From: Arenicellales bacterium
GTDB lineage: Bacteria > Pseudomonadota > Gammaproteobacteria > Arenicellales > JAJDZL01
DNA length: 64,000 nucleotides
Direction: 5' to 3'
Assembly: GCA_965203865.1 (NCBI GenBank)
Contig: OZ241916.1
Span: forward strand, 934,884 to 998,883
Below are positions 19,867-30,910 of this stretch, piece after piece. The position numbers and the translations under genes are program-made. The notes under the pieces were generated by a model. It did no database searches, had not been told where the DNA came from, and was given only the letters and a program-made list of their open reading frames with translations. Numbering within the stretch: the first letter of the stretch is position 1; every line of letters begins with the position of its first letter.

Positions 19867-20123
19867 CGTGGATTTATTTCCAATCGTTGTGGTTGTCCGA
19901 CTTCATGTTTTCGCGGGAATTTTGCATTGCAGGTTTCATTAATGGTATCAGTTTACTGTCCGGTGCAATATGCAATCTGAACAGGCATCAGTCTCTCAAA
20001 CCAATCAGCAGGAATTATACAGTGAAGCATGAAAGTTCTGGGTAGTGTTAAAATTTGAATAATTTCTTGGAAAGCAAAAACAAGAAATTCAAAATAAAGA
20101 GTAGCAATTTGCAAGGTGTAGAG

Positions 20124-21206
20124 ATGGTCAGTGATACCGGAGAATTATCTTACGAGTGGTCTGAAACAATTGGCGTTGCCGCTGAATTTGCACGCAGTTC
20201 AGTCGGTCAGGCAGTTTTGCCGGACGAGCGCGAGAACCTGATGGAAGAAATAGCGGTGTTGCTGCGAAAGCGCGATGCTGTATTGGTTGCGCACTACTAT
20301 GTCGACAGCGACCTGCAAGACCTGGCTGAGCAAACCGGGGGATATGTTGCCGACTCGCTTGAGATGGCTCGTTTTGGATACGAGCATTCGGCTTCCACAA
20401 TTGTGGTGGCCGGTGTTCGATTTATGGGTGAAACTGCCAAGATACTAAGTCCTGAAAAGACGGTTCTGGTTGTTGAACGAAATGCGGAGTGCTCACTGGA
20501 TTTAGGGTGTCCGGCAGATGAATTTTCAAAGTTTTGCGACCAGCATCCGGATCGTACGGTTGTTGTCTACGCAAATACCAGCGCCGCGGTTAAAGCGCGG
20601 GCTGATTGGGTGGTGACTTCTTCAATCGGATTGAAACTGGTGAGACATTTGCATGAAAACGGGGAGAAGATTCTATGGGCACCCGACAAGTATTTGGGAG
20701 ACTATATCAAACGAGAGTCCGGTGCTGACATGGTTCTTTGGGATGGTGCCTGTATTGTTCACGAGGAATTCAAGGCAGTGGTACTAAGGGGATTGATGAA
20801 GAAGTATCCCGATGCGAAAGTCTTGGTGCATCCGGAGTCGCCGGAAAACGTGATTCGACTCGCAGATGTAGTCGGTTCAACCAGTCAGATTATTCAGGCT
20901 GCGCATAAAAGCCCTGCAAAAATGTTTATTGTTGCAACTGAAGAGGGAATTTTGCATCGTATGCGTTCCTCGTTGCCGGATAAAAAATTCCTGACTGCTC
21001 CGACGGCCGGAGAAGGGGCGACCTGTGAAAGTTGCGGACACTGCCCGTGGATGAAAATGAACGACCTGTACCGCCTCAGGAATGTTCTTGATACGATGGA
21101 AGGAGAAGTTCAAATTGACGAAGCCATTCGAAAACGGGCAGAGCGGTCGATTCGACGAATGGTGGAGTTCGGAGCCAAGCACGCTCCAAAACCGGCCGGC
21201 CAGTAA
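20124..21206 (+). CDS. nadA: quinolinate synthase
   Basis: [15 protein letters not shown] and the overall NadA pattern. The frame is open from 20055; the ATG at 20124 is chosen by length comparison, so the start is uncertain. Confidence 0.85.
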   Translation: MVSDTGELSYEWSETIGVAAEFARSSVGQAVLPDERENLMEEIAVLLRKRDAVLVAHYYVDSDLQDLAEQTGGYVADSLEMARFGYEHSASTIVVAGVRFMGETAKILSPEKTVLVVERNAECSLDLGCPADEFSKFCDQHPDRTVVVYANTSAAVKARADWVVTSSIGLKLVRHLHENGEKILWAPDKYLGDYIKRESGADMVLWDGACIVHEEFKAVVLRGLMKKYPDAKVLVHPESPENVIRLADVVGSTSQIIQAAHKSPAKMFIVATEEGILHRMRSSLPDKKFLTAPTAGEGATCESCGHCPWMKMNDLYRLRNVLDTMEGEVQIDEAIRKRAERSIRRMVEFGAKHAPKPAGQ

Positions 21207-21221
21207 AGTTCACCAAACATC

Positions 21222-22232
21222 ATGGCAAAATTTTCCGACAATTTTGCTCCGTCGGAAGAAAATTGTTCTGTCGGCATCGTATTGGTCAATCTCGGCACGC
21301 CGTCTGAGCCTTCGGTTTCGGCGGTGCGACGTTATTTGCGACAATTTTTATCGGATAAACGGGTAATAGAGTTACCTGTTGTAATTTGGTTCTTTATACT
21401 CAACTGCATCATTCTTTTGGTAAGGCCTTCCAGGAGTCTTGAAGCGTACAAGCAAGTGTGGACTTCGGAAGGTTCGCCTCTCCTTGTAAATTCAAAAAAG
21501 CAGGCGGAAGCATTGGAAAAGAAACTAAGCAATAGTGATGGTGGAAATGCAGTTGTACGCTGTGCAATGCGATATGGGCAGCCGTCAATTGAAAATGTAC
21601 TGGACGAATTAACTCAGTCGGGAATTGAGCGGATTGTTATATTGCCCATGTATCCTCAGTATTCTGGTTCGACAATTGGCTCTGTATTCGACGAAGTAGG
21701 CAATGTATTGAAAGCTCGACGATATGTTCCAGCGATTCACTTTATTAGCGGATACAGTGGCAACGAGGATTATATTGACTGCCTTGCTTCTTCAATACGC
21801 GCCTGCTGGAATCAGCATGGAAAGTCTGAGCGGCTGGTGATTTCGTTTCACGGGCTCCCGCAATCGTATGTTGAAAAGGGTGATCCGTACGAAAAGCAAT
21901 GTCGCAGGGACGCAGAACTGCTTGCCGGGAATCTTGGACTTGGTGATGAAGAATGGACCGTTTGCTTTCAGTCGCGAGTTGGTGCCAGTCCTTGGCTTCA
22001 GCCGTATACCGATGTTGTTCTGGAGGAATTGGCAATGTCGGGGGTGGACAGTATTGATGTAATTTGTCCCGGTTTTGCGGCGGATTGCCTGGAGACACTG
22101 GAAGAGGTAAATATTCGGTACCGGGAGTTGTTTCTGGAAAAGGGAGGAAAGGTATTTCAGTATATCCCTTGTCTGAACGACAATCCAAGCCATATAGAAG
22201 CACTGGCAAGGCTGGTTAGAAGTTATTTGTAG
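21222..22232 (+). CDS. hemH: ferrochelatase
   Basis: 336 aa with ILPMYPQYSGST and typical ferrochelatase length. Confidence 0.9.
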   Translation: MAKFSDNFAPSEENCSVGIVLVNLGTPSEPSVSAVRRYLRQFLSDKRVIELPVVIWFFILNCIILLVRPSRSLEAYKQVWTSEGSPLLVNSKKQAEALEKKLSNSDGGNAVVRCAMRYGQPSIENVLDELTQSGIERIVILPMYPQYSGSTIGSVFDEVGNVLKARRYVPAIHFISGYSGNEDYIDCLASSIRACWNQHGKSERLVISFHGLPQSYVEKGDPYEKQCRRDAELLAGNLGLGDEEWTVCFQSRVGASPWLQPYTDVVLEELAMSGVDSIDVICPGFAADCLETLEEVNIRYRELFLEKGGKVFQYIPCLNDNPSHIEALARLVRSYL

Positions 22233-22355
22233 TTGGTGGCTCCAGTATTCTCGCGTGATAGAAAGCGCCGATGAATTCTGGATGGGGAATACCTCCCCCA
22301 AATGTGATCTTCCTGTTGTGAGTCAGCACTTGATTGGCGATGATGTAGAAGGCGT

Positions 22356-23864
22356 ATGGAGAATTATGTAATGGTTGCCAGGAAATCTGCTCAGGCTTGG
22401 GAATTCGGGGATTTTCAAACTCCTCGTGAACTCGCTGTTGAATCGCTGCAGGTGTTGAAAGAGCATCTGAATTTTTACCCCGGTACAGTTATTGAGCCAA
22501 CATGTGGAGTCGGCGGGTTCTTGCTTGCTGCGGTGGAGGCGTTTCCAAATGCTGACAGGTTTATTGGCCTGGAACTGGAGAACGAATATGTCAATTTCGT
22601 ACGCCAGCAAATTGAGAACGAAGTTCAAGTTGATAAAGTCGAAGTGATTCAGGCAAATTTTTTTGAATACAACTGGGACCTTCTGCTGTCTCAAGTTGCA
22701 TCTCCCATTCTTGTAATTGGCAATCCCCCTTGGGTGACGAATTCCGATATTGGTGTACTGAGTGGCAAGAATCTGCCTGAAAAATCCAATATTCATAATA
22801 GAAATGGATTCAGTGCAATAAATGGTTCCTCCAATTTTGATATTTCGGAATGGATGCTTCTTCAGCAATTGGACTGGATAGAAACGCACGGCGGCTGTAT
22901 TGCCATGCTTTGTAAAACGTCAGTTGCTCGAAAAGTGTTGCTCCATGCCTGGAAAAGAAAGAAAATGGCGATTAATTGCCAGATGGTACAAATTGATGCA
23001 TTACGGCATTTCAATGCTTCTGTCGATGCGTGTTTCTTCGTTGTTCAGACAAGTGAAAAATCAAGTTCGTACTGCTGTAAATTTTTCCCGTCATTCGACT
23101 CACTGTCTCCCTCGGAAACTTTGGGCTACTTTGACGGAGTGGTTTTATCAAATGAGTCAGAATTTCATAAGCTGCGACATCTGGTTGGGTCAGACACCAA
23201 CTACGTCTGGAGATCCGGGATCAAACATGATTGTAGAGAGGTGATGGAGTTGAAGGTTGATGAATCTATTCCCAATGGAAGGAAAACTTCTTCGGTAGAT
23301 TTGGAAGATAACTTTCTGTACCCAATACTCAAAAGTTCTGACTTGGCCAATGGTCGTTTGGGTCAAGCGCGATTTAATGTAATTGTTACTCAAAGATATG
23401 TAGGCGAAAATACAGAACAGATTCGAACCATCGCGCCGAAAACCTGGCGATATCTTGTAAGCAACAGTCAATTGCTGGAACAGTGGGCCAGTAGAATTTA
23501 CCGAAACAAGCCGCGATTTTCTGTGTTTGGGGTTGGTCCGTATTCATTTTCAGAATGGAAAGTGGCAATTTCCGGGTTTTATAAAAAACTTGAATTCCAG
23601 GTGATCGGTCCAATTAACGGGAAACCAGTCATGCTTGACGACACCAGTTACTTTATTGGTTGCAAATCCAAGAATGAAGCAGAATTTTTAACGGAGCTGC
23701 TCTGTTCCAAAGAGGCTAAATCTCTTCTCACATCCATGATATTCTGGACTGATAAACGCCCGATTACCGCAGATTTGCTAAAGAGATTGCATATTGGAAA
23801 ACTGGCTACGCACTTGGGAAGAAACAGAGAGTATGAGCATTTCGTACAGCAACGTACGATTTGA
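22356..23864 (+). CDS. N6-adenine DNA methyltransferase (gamma-class motif order), no adjacent endonuclease
   Basis: FGDFQTPRELA (motif X), EPTCGVGGF (motif I) and GNPPW (motif IV), followed by a ~300-aa C-terminal region that is presumably the target-recognition domain. Confidence 0.75.
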   Translation: MENYVMVARKSAQAWEFGDFQTPRELAVESLQVLKEHLNFYPGTVIEPTCGVGGFLLAAVEAFPNADRFIGLELENEYVNFVRQQIENEVQVDKVEVIQANFFEYNWDLLLSQVASPILVIGNPPWVTNSDIGVLSGKNLPEKSNIHNRNGFSAINGSSNFDISEWMLLQQLDWIETHGGCIAMLCKTSVARKVLLHAWKRKKMAINCQMVQIDALRHFNASVDACFFVVQTSEKSSSYCCKFFPSFDSLSPSETLGYFDGVVLSNESEFHKLRHLVGSDTNYVWRSGIKHDCREVMELKVDESIPNGRKTSSVDLEDNFLYPILKSSDLANGRLGQARFNVIVTQRYVGENTEQIRTIAPKTWRYLVSNSQLLEQWASRIYRNKPRFSVFGVGPYSFSEWKVAISGFYKKLEFQVIGPINGKPVMLDDTSYFIGCKSKNEAEFLTELLCSKEAKSLLTSMIFWTDKRPITADLLKRLHIGKLATHLGRNREYEHFVQQRTI

Positions 23865-24142
23865 TAAATCTACTCGTCAATTTGAGCAAGGATTGTTAAA
23901 CTGAGCATCGTTGTCCGCCACAAAACTTCTTAAAGATCAAGCAAAACAACCCGAACTGACACTCTTTCGTGTGTAAAGCAGTTATTCTCCGTGTATAATT
24001 AATCGCATGCCAGTTCTGCTAGCCAAAGAGTCAGATTGAAACAACTGCAGTGTAACTGGTTCAATTGTCTGAATTCAATTTAGTTGGTTTCTGACTAATT
24101 TTCGTAAATTTGAGAGAACATAAGGGGGAACTGTTGACTTTT

Positions 24143-24228
24143 GCGAAAGTGGCGGAACTTGGTAGACGCGCTGGCCTTAGGAGTCAGTGGGGTAACCCGT
24201 GGGAGTTCGAGTCTCCCCTTTCGCACCA
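24143..24228 (+). tRNA. tRNA-Leu (anticodon TAG)
   Basis: Acceptor stem gcgaaag/ctttcgc plus ACCA, anticodon loop CTTAGGA, long variable arm. Confidence 0.85.
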
Positions 24229-24261
24229 GATGTTTAAAACGGATGAGTCGGATTGATTTAG

Positions 24262-25674
24262 ATGCAAATATCGGTTGAAGAAATTACATCTGCTGATCGA
24301 AAATTGACCTTGGTCTTTTCAGATGAGGAGGTGAACACTGAAGTAGTTAAGCGCCTGCATAAATTGTGCCGAACAGTTTCGGTGCCTGGTTTCAGAAAGG
24401 GCAAGGTGCCATTGAAAATCGTCGAATCGCGATTCAGGGAAGCTGTTGTCAAAGAGGTTATTCTGGACAATGCAGAATTTGGTGCCAAGTCCTATCTCGA
24501 GGAAAACGCAATACAGCCAATCACGCAGCCCTACATTGAGAATTACCGCGTTAATGATTCCAACGATCATGAAATTGACTTCCACTATGAAGTGTTGCCT
24601 GAAGTAGCGCGGTTCGACATCCGGGGCGAATCTATAGTTACACCAGAATTCACAGTTTCTGAACAGGATATTGACGAGGCGGTTGCTAAATGGCGGGAAA
24701 AGCATCACCGCTGGAATCGGGTAGAGCGAGAATCCAAAGAATCTGATTTGGTTCGCGTGGACGTTCAAACGAAAGTTGATGGTGAAGTCATTGACGATGA
24801 AATGGGGAGCAAGTACCTGGGTGTGATTCCCGGTAGGAATGCCCGCTCGGAGCAAATTGAAAAAGCCTGCATTGGTGTGAAGGCCGGAGATCAAGTCACT
24901 GTCCCCGCAGGATTGAACACACTTGAGTCTGACCCTGACGCTTCGCCGGAAAATGATTCTTCGCAGTATGTAATCACAGTGCACGAAGTCCTAGAACCGG
25001 TTGAAAATGAATTCAAAGAAGAGTTTTTGGAGACTTTGGGCGTAACAAGCGAGCAAGATTCAGATTTTCGTGAAAAAGCCAGGGCTCGGATAGTCAGAGA
25101 GTGCCAAGATGAAGTAGATAGTTGTATCCATCAGCAAATTGCAACAATACTTTTGACAATCAATGATTTCTCCCCGCCAGGAAGCATTGTGCTGGCAAGA
25201 TGGGAAAGAATACTGGTAGGTATGGGATACGATGTCAAGGAGATGAAGGGCCAGTTAAGCGAGTTTTTCGAAACTCCTATTGCTGTTTCCGCTTACCAGA
25301 TTGCGTGGGAACAAACCAAACTCACCATGATAATGTCGAAAGTGATACAAAAGTACGAAATTTCTGCGGACGACGAGGATTTGAAGTCTTATATACGCGA
25401 GTTGGCAAACAAATCGCCAAATCCGGATGAGCAATATGAAGAAATGGTGTCAGAAAGTGATCGATTTGCCAATGAATATATAATGAGTCAGACTTACAAG
25501 AAATTGCGGGAAGAAGCAAATTGCGAAGAGCGGCAAATGAGTGTAAAAGAATTGTACGAATGGGCGGATGAATTGCACCAGGCAAAAGGCGATGAGCCAG
25601 AGGCGCCTGAAGATGCAGACGAGAAGGACAAGGGTGAGAGTTTGATCGTCGACCCGACAGGACAACCGTATTAG
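24262..25674 (+). CDS. tig: trigger factor
   Basis: 470 aa with [10 protein letters not shown] near the N-terminus. It sits directly upstream of clpP-clpX-lon. Confidence 0.9.
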   Translation: MQISVEEITSADRKLTLVFSDEEVNTEVVKRLHKLCRTVSVPGFRKGKVPLKIVESRFREAVVKEVILDNAEFGAKSYLEENAIQPITQPYIENYRVNDSNDHEIDFHYEVLPEVARFDIRGESIVTPEFTVSEQDIDEAVAKWREKHHRWNRVERESKESDLVRVDVQTKVDGEVIDDEMGSKYLGVIPGRNARSEQIEKACIGVKAGDQVTVPAGLNTLESDPDASPENDSSQYVITVHEVLEPVENEFKEEFLETLGVTSEQDSDFREKARARIVRECQDEVDSCIHQQIATILLTINDFSPPGSIVLARWERILVGMGYDVKEMKGQLSEFFETPIAVSAYQIAWEQTKLTMIMSKVIQKYEISADDEDLKSYIRELANKSPNPDEQYEEMVSESDRFANEYIMSQTYKKLREEANCEERQMSVKELYEWADELHQAKGDEPEAPEDADEKDKGESLIVDPTGQPY

Positions 25675-26318
25675 TGACTCGTGAAGTTCACAAAGGAGGC
25701 AACATAATAGATACCTTGAATAAAGTTGAATCAGTCGGCTTGGTCCCCATGGTGGTGGAAACCACCGGGCGCGGTGAACGCGCCTATGACATTTACTCCC
25801 GGCTATTAAAGGAGCGCGTCGTATTTCTGGTAGGGCCCATTGAAGATCACATGGCAAACCTTGTTGTTGCTCAGCTTTTGTTTCTGGAATCTGAAAGATC
25901 AGACAAGGACATTCATTTGTACATCAACAGTCCGGGTGGTGCCGTGAATGCCGGACTGGCAATTTATGACACCATTCAATTTGTGAAGCCCGATGTAAGC
26001 ACGGTGTGCATTGGACAAGCTGCAAGTATGGGAGCACTGGTTCTGGCCGGTGGCTCACCCGGCAAACGATTTGCCTTGCCCCATGCGCGAATGATGATTC
26101 ATCAGCCCATGGGGGGATTTCAGGGGCAGGCTTCGGACATTGATATTCATGCGAAAGAAATTCTAAGACTACGAGAGAGGCTGAACAAGATTATGGTTCA
26201 GCATACTGGCAAAACCTTGAAAGTTATTCAGCGCGACACCGAACGCGACAAGTTTATGGAAAGCGAAGAAGCGGTGGACTACGGAATAATTGACTCAGTA
26301 ATTGTGAATAGAAATTGA
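25674..26318 (+). CDS. clpP: ATP-dependent Clp protease proteolytic subunit
   Basis: [26 protein letters not shown] and GQAASMG (catalytic Ser). The start codon is uncertain (GTG at 25674 or a downstream TTG). Confidence 0.95.
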   Translation: MTREVHKGGNIIDTLNKVESVGLVPMVVETTGRGERAYDIYSRLLKERVVFLVGPIEDHMANLVVAQLLFLESERSDKDIHLYINSPGGAVNAGLAIYDTIQFVKPDVSTVCIGQAASMGALVLAGGSPGKRFALPHARMMIHQPMGGFQGQASDIDIHAKEILRLRERLNKIMVQHTGKTLKVIQRDTERDKFMESEEAVDYGIIDSVIVNRN

Positions 26319-26348
26319 TCATCAACATCATCCGAGAGAGTGTGACCA

Positions 26349-27629
26349 ATGCCTAGTAGAAAAACCAAGAACAACGAACGCGGACTGCACTGTTCATTTT
26401 GCGGAAAAAGCCAGCACGAAGTCCGGAAGTTAATTGCGGGACCTTCGGTTTTCGTGTGCGACGAGTGTGTTGAGCTTTGCAACGATATCATTCGTAGCGA
26501 AAATGCGGCTGATGAGAATTCTGGCTCGAAAGCACGCGTTCAATTCCCGACACCAAGCGAGATCTGCGCCATTCTTGACGAGTATGTCATTGGGCAAACC
26601 GCCGCGAAGAAGGTTCTTTCGGTTGCAGTCTACAATCACTACAAGCGAATTGAAAACGACGAGGCGGTCAATGACGTTGATATTTCAAAAAGCAATATTC
26701 TTTTAATTGGTCCCACCGGGTCTGGCAAAACCCTTCTTGCCGAAACTTTGGCGCGTCAGTTGAACGTGCCGTTTACAATGGCGGATGCAACCACTCTGAC
26801 AGAAGCAGGCTATGTGGGTGAAGATGTTGAGAATATTATTCAGAAACTTCTTCAGAAGTGCGACTACGATATAGAAAAAGCACAAGTGGGTATTGTCTAT
26901 ATTGACGAAATTGACAAGATTTCACGAAAGTCCGACAACCCGTCCATAACCCGCGACGTCTCTGGCGAAGGGGTTCAGCAAGCACTGCTGAAGCTAATTG
27001 AAGGGACGGTCGCATCGGTACCTCCGCAAGGCGGCCGAAAGCACCCGCAACAGGAATTTCTGCAGGTGGACACTAGGAATGTCCTGTTCATCTGCGGCGG
27101 TGCGTTTTCGGGATTGGAAAAAGTAATTCAGACACGAACCGAAAAAAGCGGTATCGGATTCAGTGCCGACATTTATCACTCAAGTGACGATGCGCTTGTT
27201 GATACTCTTCGCCAAGTAGAGCCTGAAGACTTGATCAAGTACGGACTCATTCCGGAATTTGTTGGTCGACTGCCAGTCGTGGCAACCTTGGAAGAACTGG
27301 ACGAAGAAGCATTGGTGAAAATCTTGGTAGAGCCAAGAAACGCATTGCTCAAGCAGTACAAAAAGCTGTTCATGCTGGAAGATACAGAACTGGAAGTCAG
27401 AGGCGATGCCTTGAAGGCGATTGCCCGTAAAGCAATGGAACGAAAAACTGGTGCGCGCGGCTTGCGCTCCATTCTTGAAAATGCATTGCTGGAAACCATG
27501 TACGAACTGCCGTCCATGCCGGATGTGAAAGAGGTTGTTGTGGACTCAGGAGTAATAAACGATGGCAATCGGCCATTCTATATATACGAAGAAACTCCTG
27601 CTCACCGAGTCTCCTCGCGCGGCGGCTAG
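26349..27629 (+). CDS. clpX: ATP-dependent Clp protease ATP-binding subunit
   Basis: Zinc-binding CSFCGK..CDEC and Walker A GPTGSGKT. Confidence 0.95.
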   Translation: MPSRKTKNNERGLHCSFCGKSQHEVRKLIAGPSVFVCDECVELCNDIIRSENAADENSGSKARVQFPTPSEICAILDEYVIGQTAAKKVLSVAVYNHYKRIENDEAVNDVDISKSNILLIGPTGSGKTLLAETLARQLNVPFTMADATTLTEAGYVGEDVENIIQKLLQKCDYDIEKAQVGIVYIDEIDKISRKSDNPSITRDVSGEGVQQALLKLIEGTVASVPPQGGRKHPQQEFLQVDTRNVLFICGGAFSGLEKVIQTRTEKSGIGFSADIYHSSDDALVDTLRQVEPEDLIKYGLIPEFVGRLPVVATLEELDEEALVKILVEPRNALLKQYKKLFMLEDTELEVRGDALKAIARKAMERKTGARGLRSILENALLETMYELPSMPDVKEVVVDSGVINDGNRPFYIYEETPAHRVSSRGG

Positions 27630-27746
27630 CGAGTTTCGAGATATGCTTCCTGGCGAACTCAACATCTATATCGGGAGTTGAATTTTGGAAAATAGCCTAT
27701 ATGATTAGTCCCAATAAATAAATGATCAAAAAATGAATGGTACACA

Positions 27747-30179
27747 ATGAGTCCCCGAAGAAAATCCAAGTCAAAACAAGATTCTGATATCTTGATGCTA
27801 CCTGTGCTACCGCTGAAAGATGTTGTAGTATTCCCATATTTAGTTATTCCTTTATTTGTTGGCAGAAGCAAGTCAATCAATGCGTTGAATATTGCAGATA
27901 GTGAGCAAAGCCAGGTACTGTTGCTGACACAGCGAGAAGATATGGAGAACCCTCTCCCGGACCAGCTCTATGGAGTCGGAACGGTGGCTACTATCTTGCA
28001 AAGCCTTGAATTGCCTGACAAAACGCGAAAAGTTCTTGTGGAAGGCAAGTTTCGGGCAAGTGTTGAGGCTTTCATAGACAGCGAGGAATACCTGTCAGCC
28101 AAAATAAAGCCGTTTGAATCAAAGCCATTGCCAGAAAAGCTGTCGGGCTTGATTGGCATAGTGCTCAAGCAGTTTGAATCATACGTAAAAAACAATCATA
28201 AAATTCCAACTGAAATTCTTGGCACGCTGGAAGACATTGAATCTCCGGGGAAACTGCTTGATACCATTTCAGCGCATTTGGTCACCCAAGGCGTAGATGA
28301 ACGGCAGCAAATTCTTGAAATTGAAGACGAAGAGGATCGGTTGGCGCATATTGTTTCTGTCATTGAGTCCGATATCGAATTGCTCAAGGTTGAGAAGCGA
28401 ATTCGCGGTCGGGTGAAGAAGCAAATGGAGAAAAGCCAGCGAGAGTATTTCCTGAATGAACAGATGAAAGCGATTCAAAAAGAACTGGGCGATTCTGAAG
28501 ACGGTGTCAGCGAGCTAGACGAGCTGGCTCAGAAAATCAAAGACTCTGGAATGACAGCAGAAGCCCGTGAGAAAGCTGAATCCGAGTTGAAGCGATTGAA
28601 ACTTATGTCGCCGATGTCGGCTGAAGCCACGGTGGTCAGGAACTTCATAGACTGGCTGGTTGGGGTTCCTTGGAAAAAGCGAACCCGGATCAACAAGAAT
28701 ATTAACGCCGCAGAAAAAATTCTTGACGAGGACCACTATGGACTGGAGAAAGTAAAGGAGCGAATTCTGGAATACCTCGCAGTCCAGCAGAGAGTACGGA
28801 AAATAAAGGGCCCAATACTATGCCTGGTTGGCCCGCCGGGAGTGGGGAAGACTTCACTAGGAAAGTCTGTTGCACGAGCGACAAACAGAAAGTTCTTGCG
28901 CATGTCCTTGGGAGGGGTCAGGGACGAAGCGGAAATCCGCGGGCATCGTCGAACCTATATAGGATCGTTGCCGGGCAAGATTGTCCAGAACATGGCCAAG
29001 GTTAAACGTAAAAACCCTCTGTTTATGCTGGACGAAGTAGACAAAATGTCAATGGACTTTCGCGGAGACCCGTCGTCAGCTTTATTGGAAGTATTGGACC
29101 CCGAGCAAAACCACACATTTGTAGACCATTATCTGGAAGTGGATTACGATTTGTCGGAAGTCATGTTTATCGCGACCGCCAATACCCTGAACATTCCGTC
29201 GCCTTTGCTGGACCGGATGGAAGTGATTCGTATTTCGGGATATACCGAAGATGAAAAAATTAAAATTGCACAGCAGTACCTGATACCAAAGCAGCTTAAA
29301 AACAACGGTCTGAAGGAGATCGAAGCATCTATATCTCGTCTCGCTTTGGTTGACATTGTTCGATACTATACTCGTGAAGCGGGAGTGCGCGGGATGGAGC
29401 GGGAAATCTCGAAGATTTTTCGCAAGATCGCCAGAAAATTCGTTCAAAGCGAAGGAAAGATCAAGAAAATTTCGGTGTCTCCCAAATCTTTGGAATCCTA
29501 TTTGGGAGTTCGGCAGTACCGTTATGGCAGAGCAGACAAGGTCAACCAGATCGGACAGGTAACGGGTTTGGCGTGGACTGAGACCGGTGGCGAACTGCTT
29601 AGTATAGAAGCTGTCGTGGTGCCGGGGAAAGGAAGGCACATTTACACTGGCAAGCTTGGGGATGTAATGCAGGAATCCATTCAGGCCGCGGTCAGCGTAG
29701 TGCGCAGCAGGGCAGCACACTACAATATCAAGGCGAGTTTTTATCAGAGAAAGGATATTCATGTGCATGTTCCCGAGGGAGCAACTCCGAAAGACGGTCC
29801 GAGTGCCGGTGTGGCAATGTCGATTGCGATTATTTCCGCTCTGACAAAAATTGCAGTGCGTTCGGATGTTGCAATGACGGGTGAAATTACGCTCCGGGGG
29901 GAAGTGCTGCCAGTAGGAGGTTTAAAAGAAAAACTTCTTGCAGCTCATCGCGGTGGCATGGCCAAGGTGCTGATCCCGAAAGAAAGCAAAAAGGACTTGG
30001 TTGAAATACCCGCAAAGGTGAAGGATGGGCTGGAAATAATACCAGTGCAATGGATTGATGAAGTCGTTGAACTTGCACTTGAATACATGCCGGAGATGTC
30101 TGCAAAGCATGAGGATATGGATGTAGACTTGAAACTTGAAACTCCCGAAGAAAAAACTGTTCAAGTAGTGAAGCATTAA
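27747..30179 (+). CDS. lon: Lon protease
   Basis: 810 aa with GPPGVGKTS and PKDGPSAG (catalytic Ser). Confidence 0.95.
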   Translation: MSPRRKSKSKQDSDILMLPVLPLKDVVVFPYLVIPLFVGRSKSINALNIADSEQSQVLLLTQREDMENPLPDQLYGVGTVATILQSLELPDKTRKVLVEGKFRASVEAFIDSEEYLSAKIKPFESKPLPEKLSGLIGIVLKQFESYVKNNHKIPTEILGTLEDIESPGKLLDTISAHLVTQGVDERQQILEIEDEEDRLAHIVSVIESDIELLKVEKRIRGRVKKQMEKSQREYFLNEQMKAIQKELGDSEDGVSELDELAQKIKDSGMTAEAREKAESELKRLKLMSPMSAEATVVRNFIDWLVGVPWKKRTRINKNINAAEKILDEDHYGLEKVKERILEYLAVQQRVRKIKGPILCLVGPPGVGKTSLGKSVARATNRKFLRMSLGGVRDEAEIRGHRRTYIGSLPGKIVQNMAKVKRKNPLFMLDEVDKMSMDFRGDPSSALLEVLDPEQNHTFVDHYLEVDYDLSEVMFIATANTLNIPSPLLDRMEVIRISGYTEDEKIKIAQQYLIPKQLKNNGLKEIEASISRLALVDIVRYYTREAGVRGMEREISKIFRKIARKFVQSEGKIKKISVSPKSLESYLGVRQYRYGRADKVNQIGQVTGLAWTETGGELLSIEAVVVPGKGRHIYTGKLGDVMQESIQAAVSVVRSRAAHYNIKASFYQRKDIHVHVPEGATPKDGPSAGVAMSIAIISALTKIAVRSDVAMTGEITLRGEVLPVGGLKEKLLAAHRGGMAKVLIPKESKKDLVEIPAKVKDGLEIIPVQWIDEVVELALEYMPEMSAKHEDMDVDLKLETPEEKTVQVVKH

Positions 30180-30369
30180 GAGAATACTACTGATACAATA
30201 TGATATTCTCATTGCATGTGCATATGTTTGATTAATTCTTGAAATTTGCTCAATGAGAACCGAATTGGTAATTGACATTCCATAGTTTCATTGCTATAAG
30301 AAATGCCATCTGTAGTTACCAGAAAAAACAGATTTACTTAATTTATTACTTACCAGCACGGAGAACCAA

Positions 30370-30642
30370 ATGAACAAAACGGAACTGATCGCAAATGTAG
30401 CTACATCAGCAGGACTTTCAAAAGCAGATGCGGCTAAAGCTGTAGAAAGCACTCTGAGTCAAATTTCGGAATCGCTAGCTAGTGGCGATACTGTTGCAAT
30501 AATAGGATTTGGTACGTTTTCAACATCAAAGCGTCCGGCAAGGGATGGGCGCAACCCTCGAAGCGGTGAAACAATTAAAATTCCTGCTTCCACAGTTGTG
30601 AAATTCAAGGCAGGAAAAGCTTTGCGAGACGCAGTCAACTAA
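30370..30642 (+). CDS. hupB: DNA-binding protein HU
   Basis: 90 aa: MNKTELI..GFGTF..RPARDGRNPRSGE. Confidence 0.9.
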   Translation: MNKTELIANVATSAGLSKADAAKAVESTLSQISESLASGDTVAIIGFGTFSTSKRPARDGRNPRSGETIKIPASTVVKFKAGKALRDAVN

Positions 30643-30649
30643 AACTGCT

Positions 30650-30725
30650 GGGTGCTTAGCTCAGTCGGGAGAGCGTCGCCCTTACAAGGCGAAGGTCGCA
30701 GGTTCGAACCCCGCAGCACCCACCA
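30650..30725 (+). tRNA. tRNA-Val (anticodon TAC)
   Basis: Acceptor stem gggtgct/agcaccc plus ACCA, anticodon loop CTTACAA. There is one A-C mismatch in the T stem. Confidence 0.85.
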
Positions 30726-30728
30726 GCT

Positions 30729-30806
30729 GGAGCGGTAGTTCAGTTTGGTGAGAATTCCGGCCTGTCAAGCCGGGGGTCGCGGGTTCAAGTCCCGTCCGCT
30801 CCGCCA
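30729..30806 (+). tRNA. tRNA-Asp (anticodon GTC)
   Basis: Acceptor stem ggagcgg/ccgctcc plus GCCA, anticodon loop CTGTCAA. Confidence 0.9.
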
Positions 30807-30823
30807 TTATTTCAATTTTGTAT

Positions 30824-30885
30824 AGCCGCTTGTTGCGCCGGAAAAACCGGTATAAGATACAAGCGGCTTGCATATTTAATTTTTA
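30824..30885 (+). terminator. hairpin after the tRNA pair (terminator-like)
   Basis: agccgcttgt (30824-30833) pairs with acaagcggct (30859-30868). The loop holds an inner ccgg-aaaaa-ccgg stem, and a T-rich tract follows (catatttaatttttatt). Confidence 0.5.
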
Positions 30886-30910
30886 TTATTAGTCGTCTGA
30901 AGATAGATCC

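Noticed and set aside
21745-22889. Minus-strand ORFs of 154-188 aa (21745-22209, 21792-22301, 22323-22889).
   Set aside because: They are antisense to hemH and to the DNA methyltransferase, both of which carry clear catalytic motifs. The antisense translations have no features.
30682-30873. 63-aa minus-strand ORF.
   Set aside because: It overlaps tRNA-Val and tRNA-Asp completely, so it is spurious.
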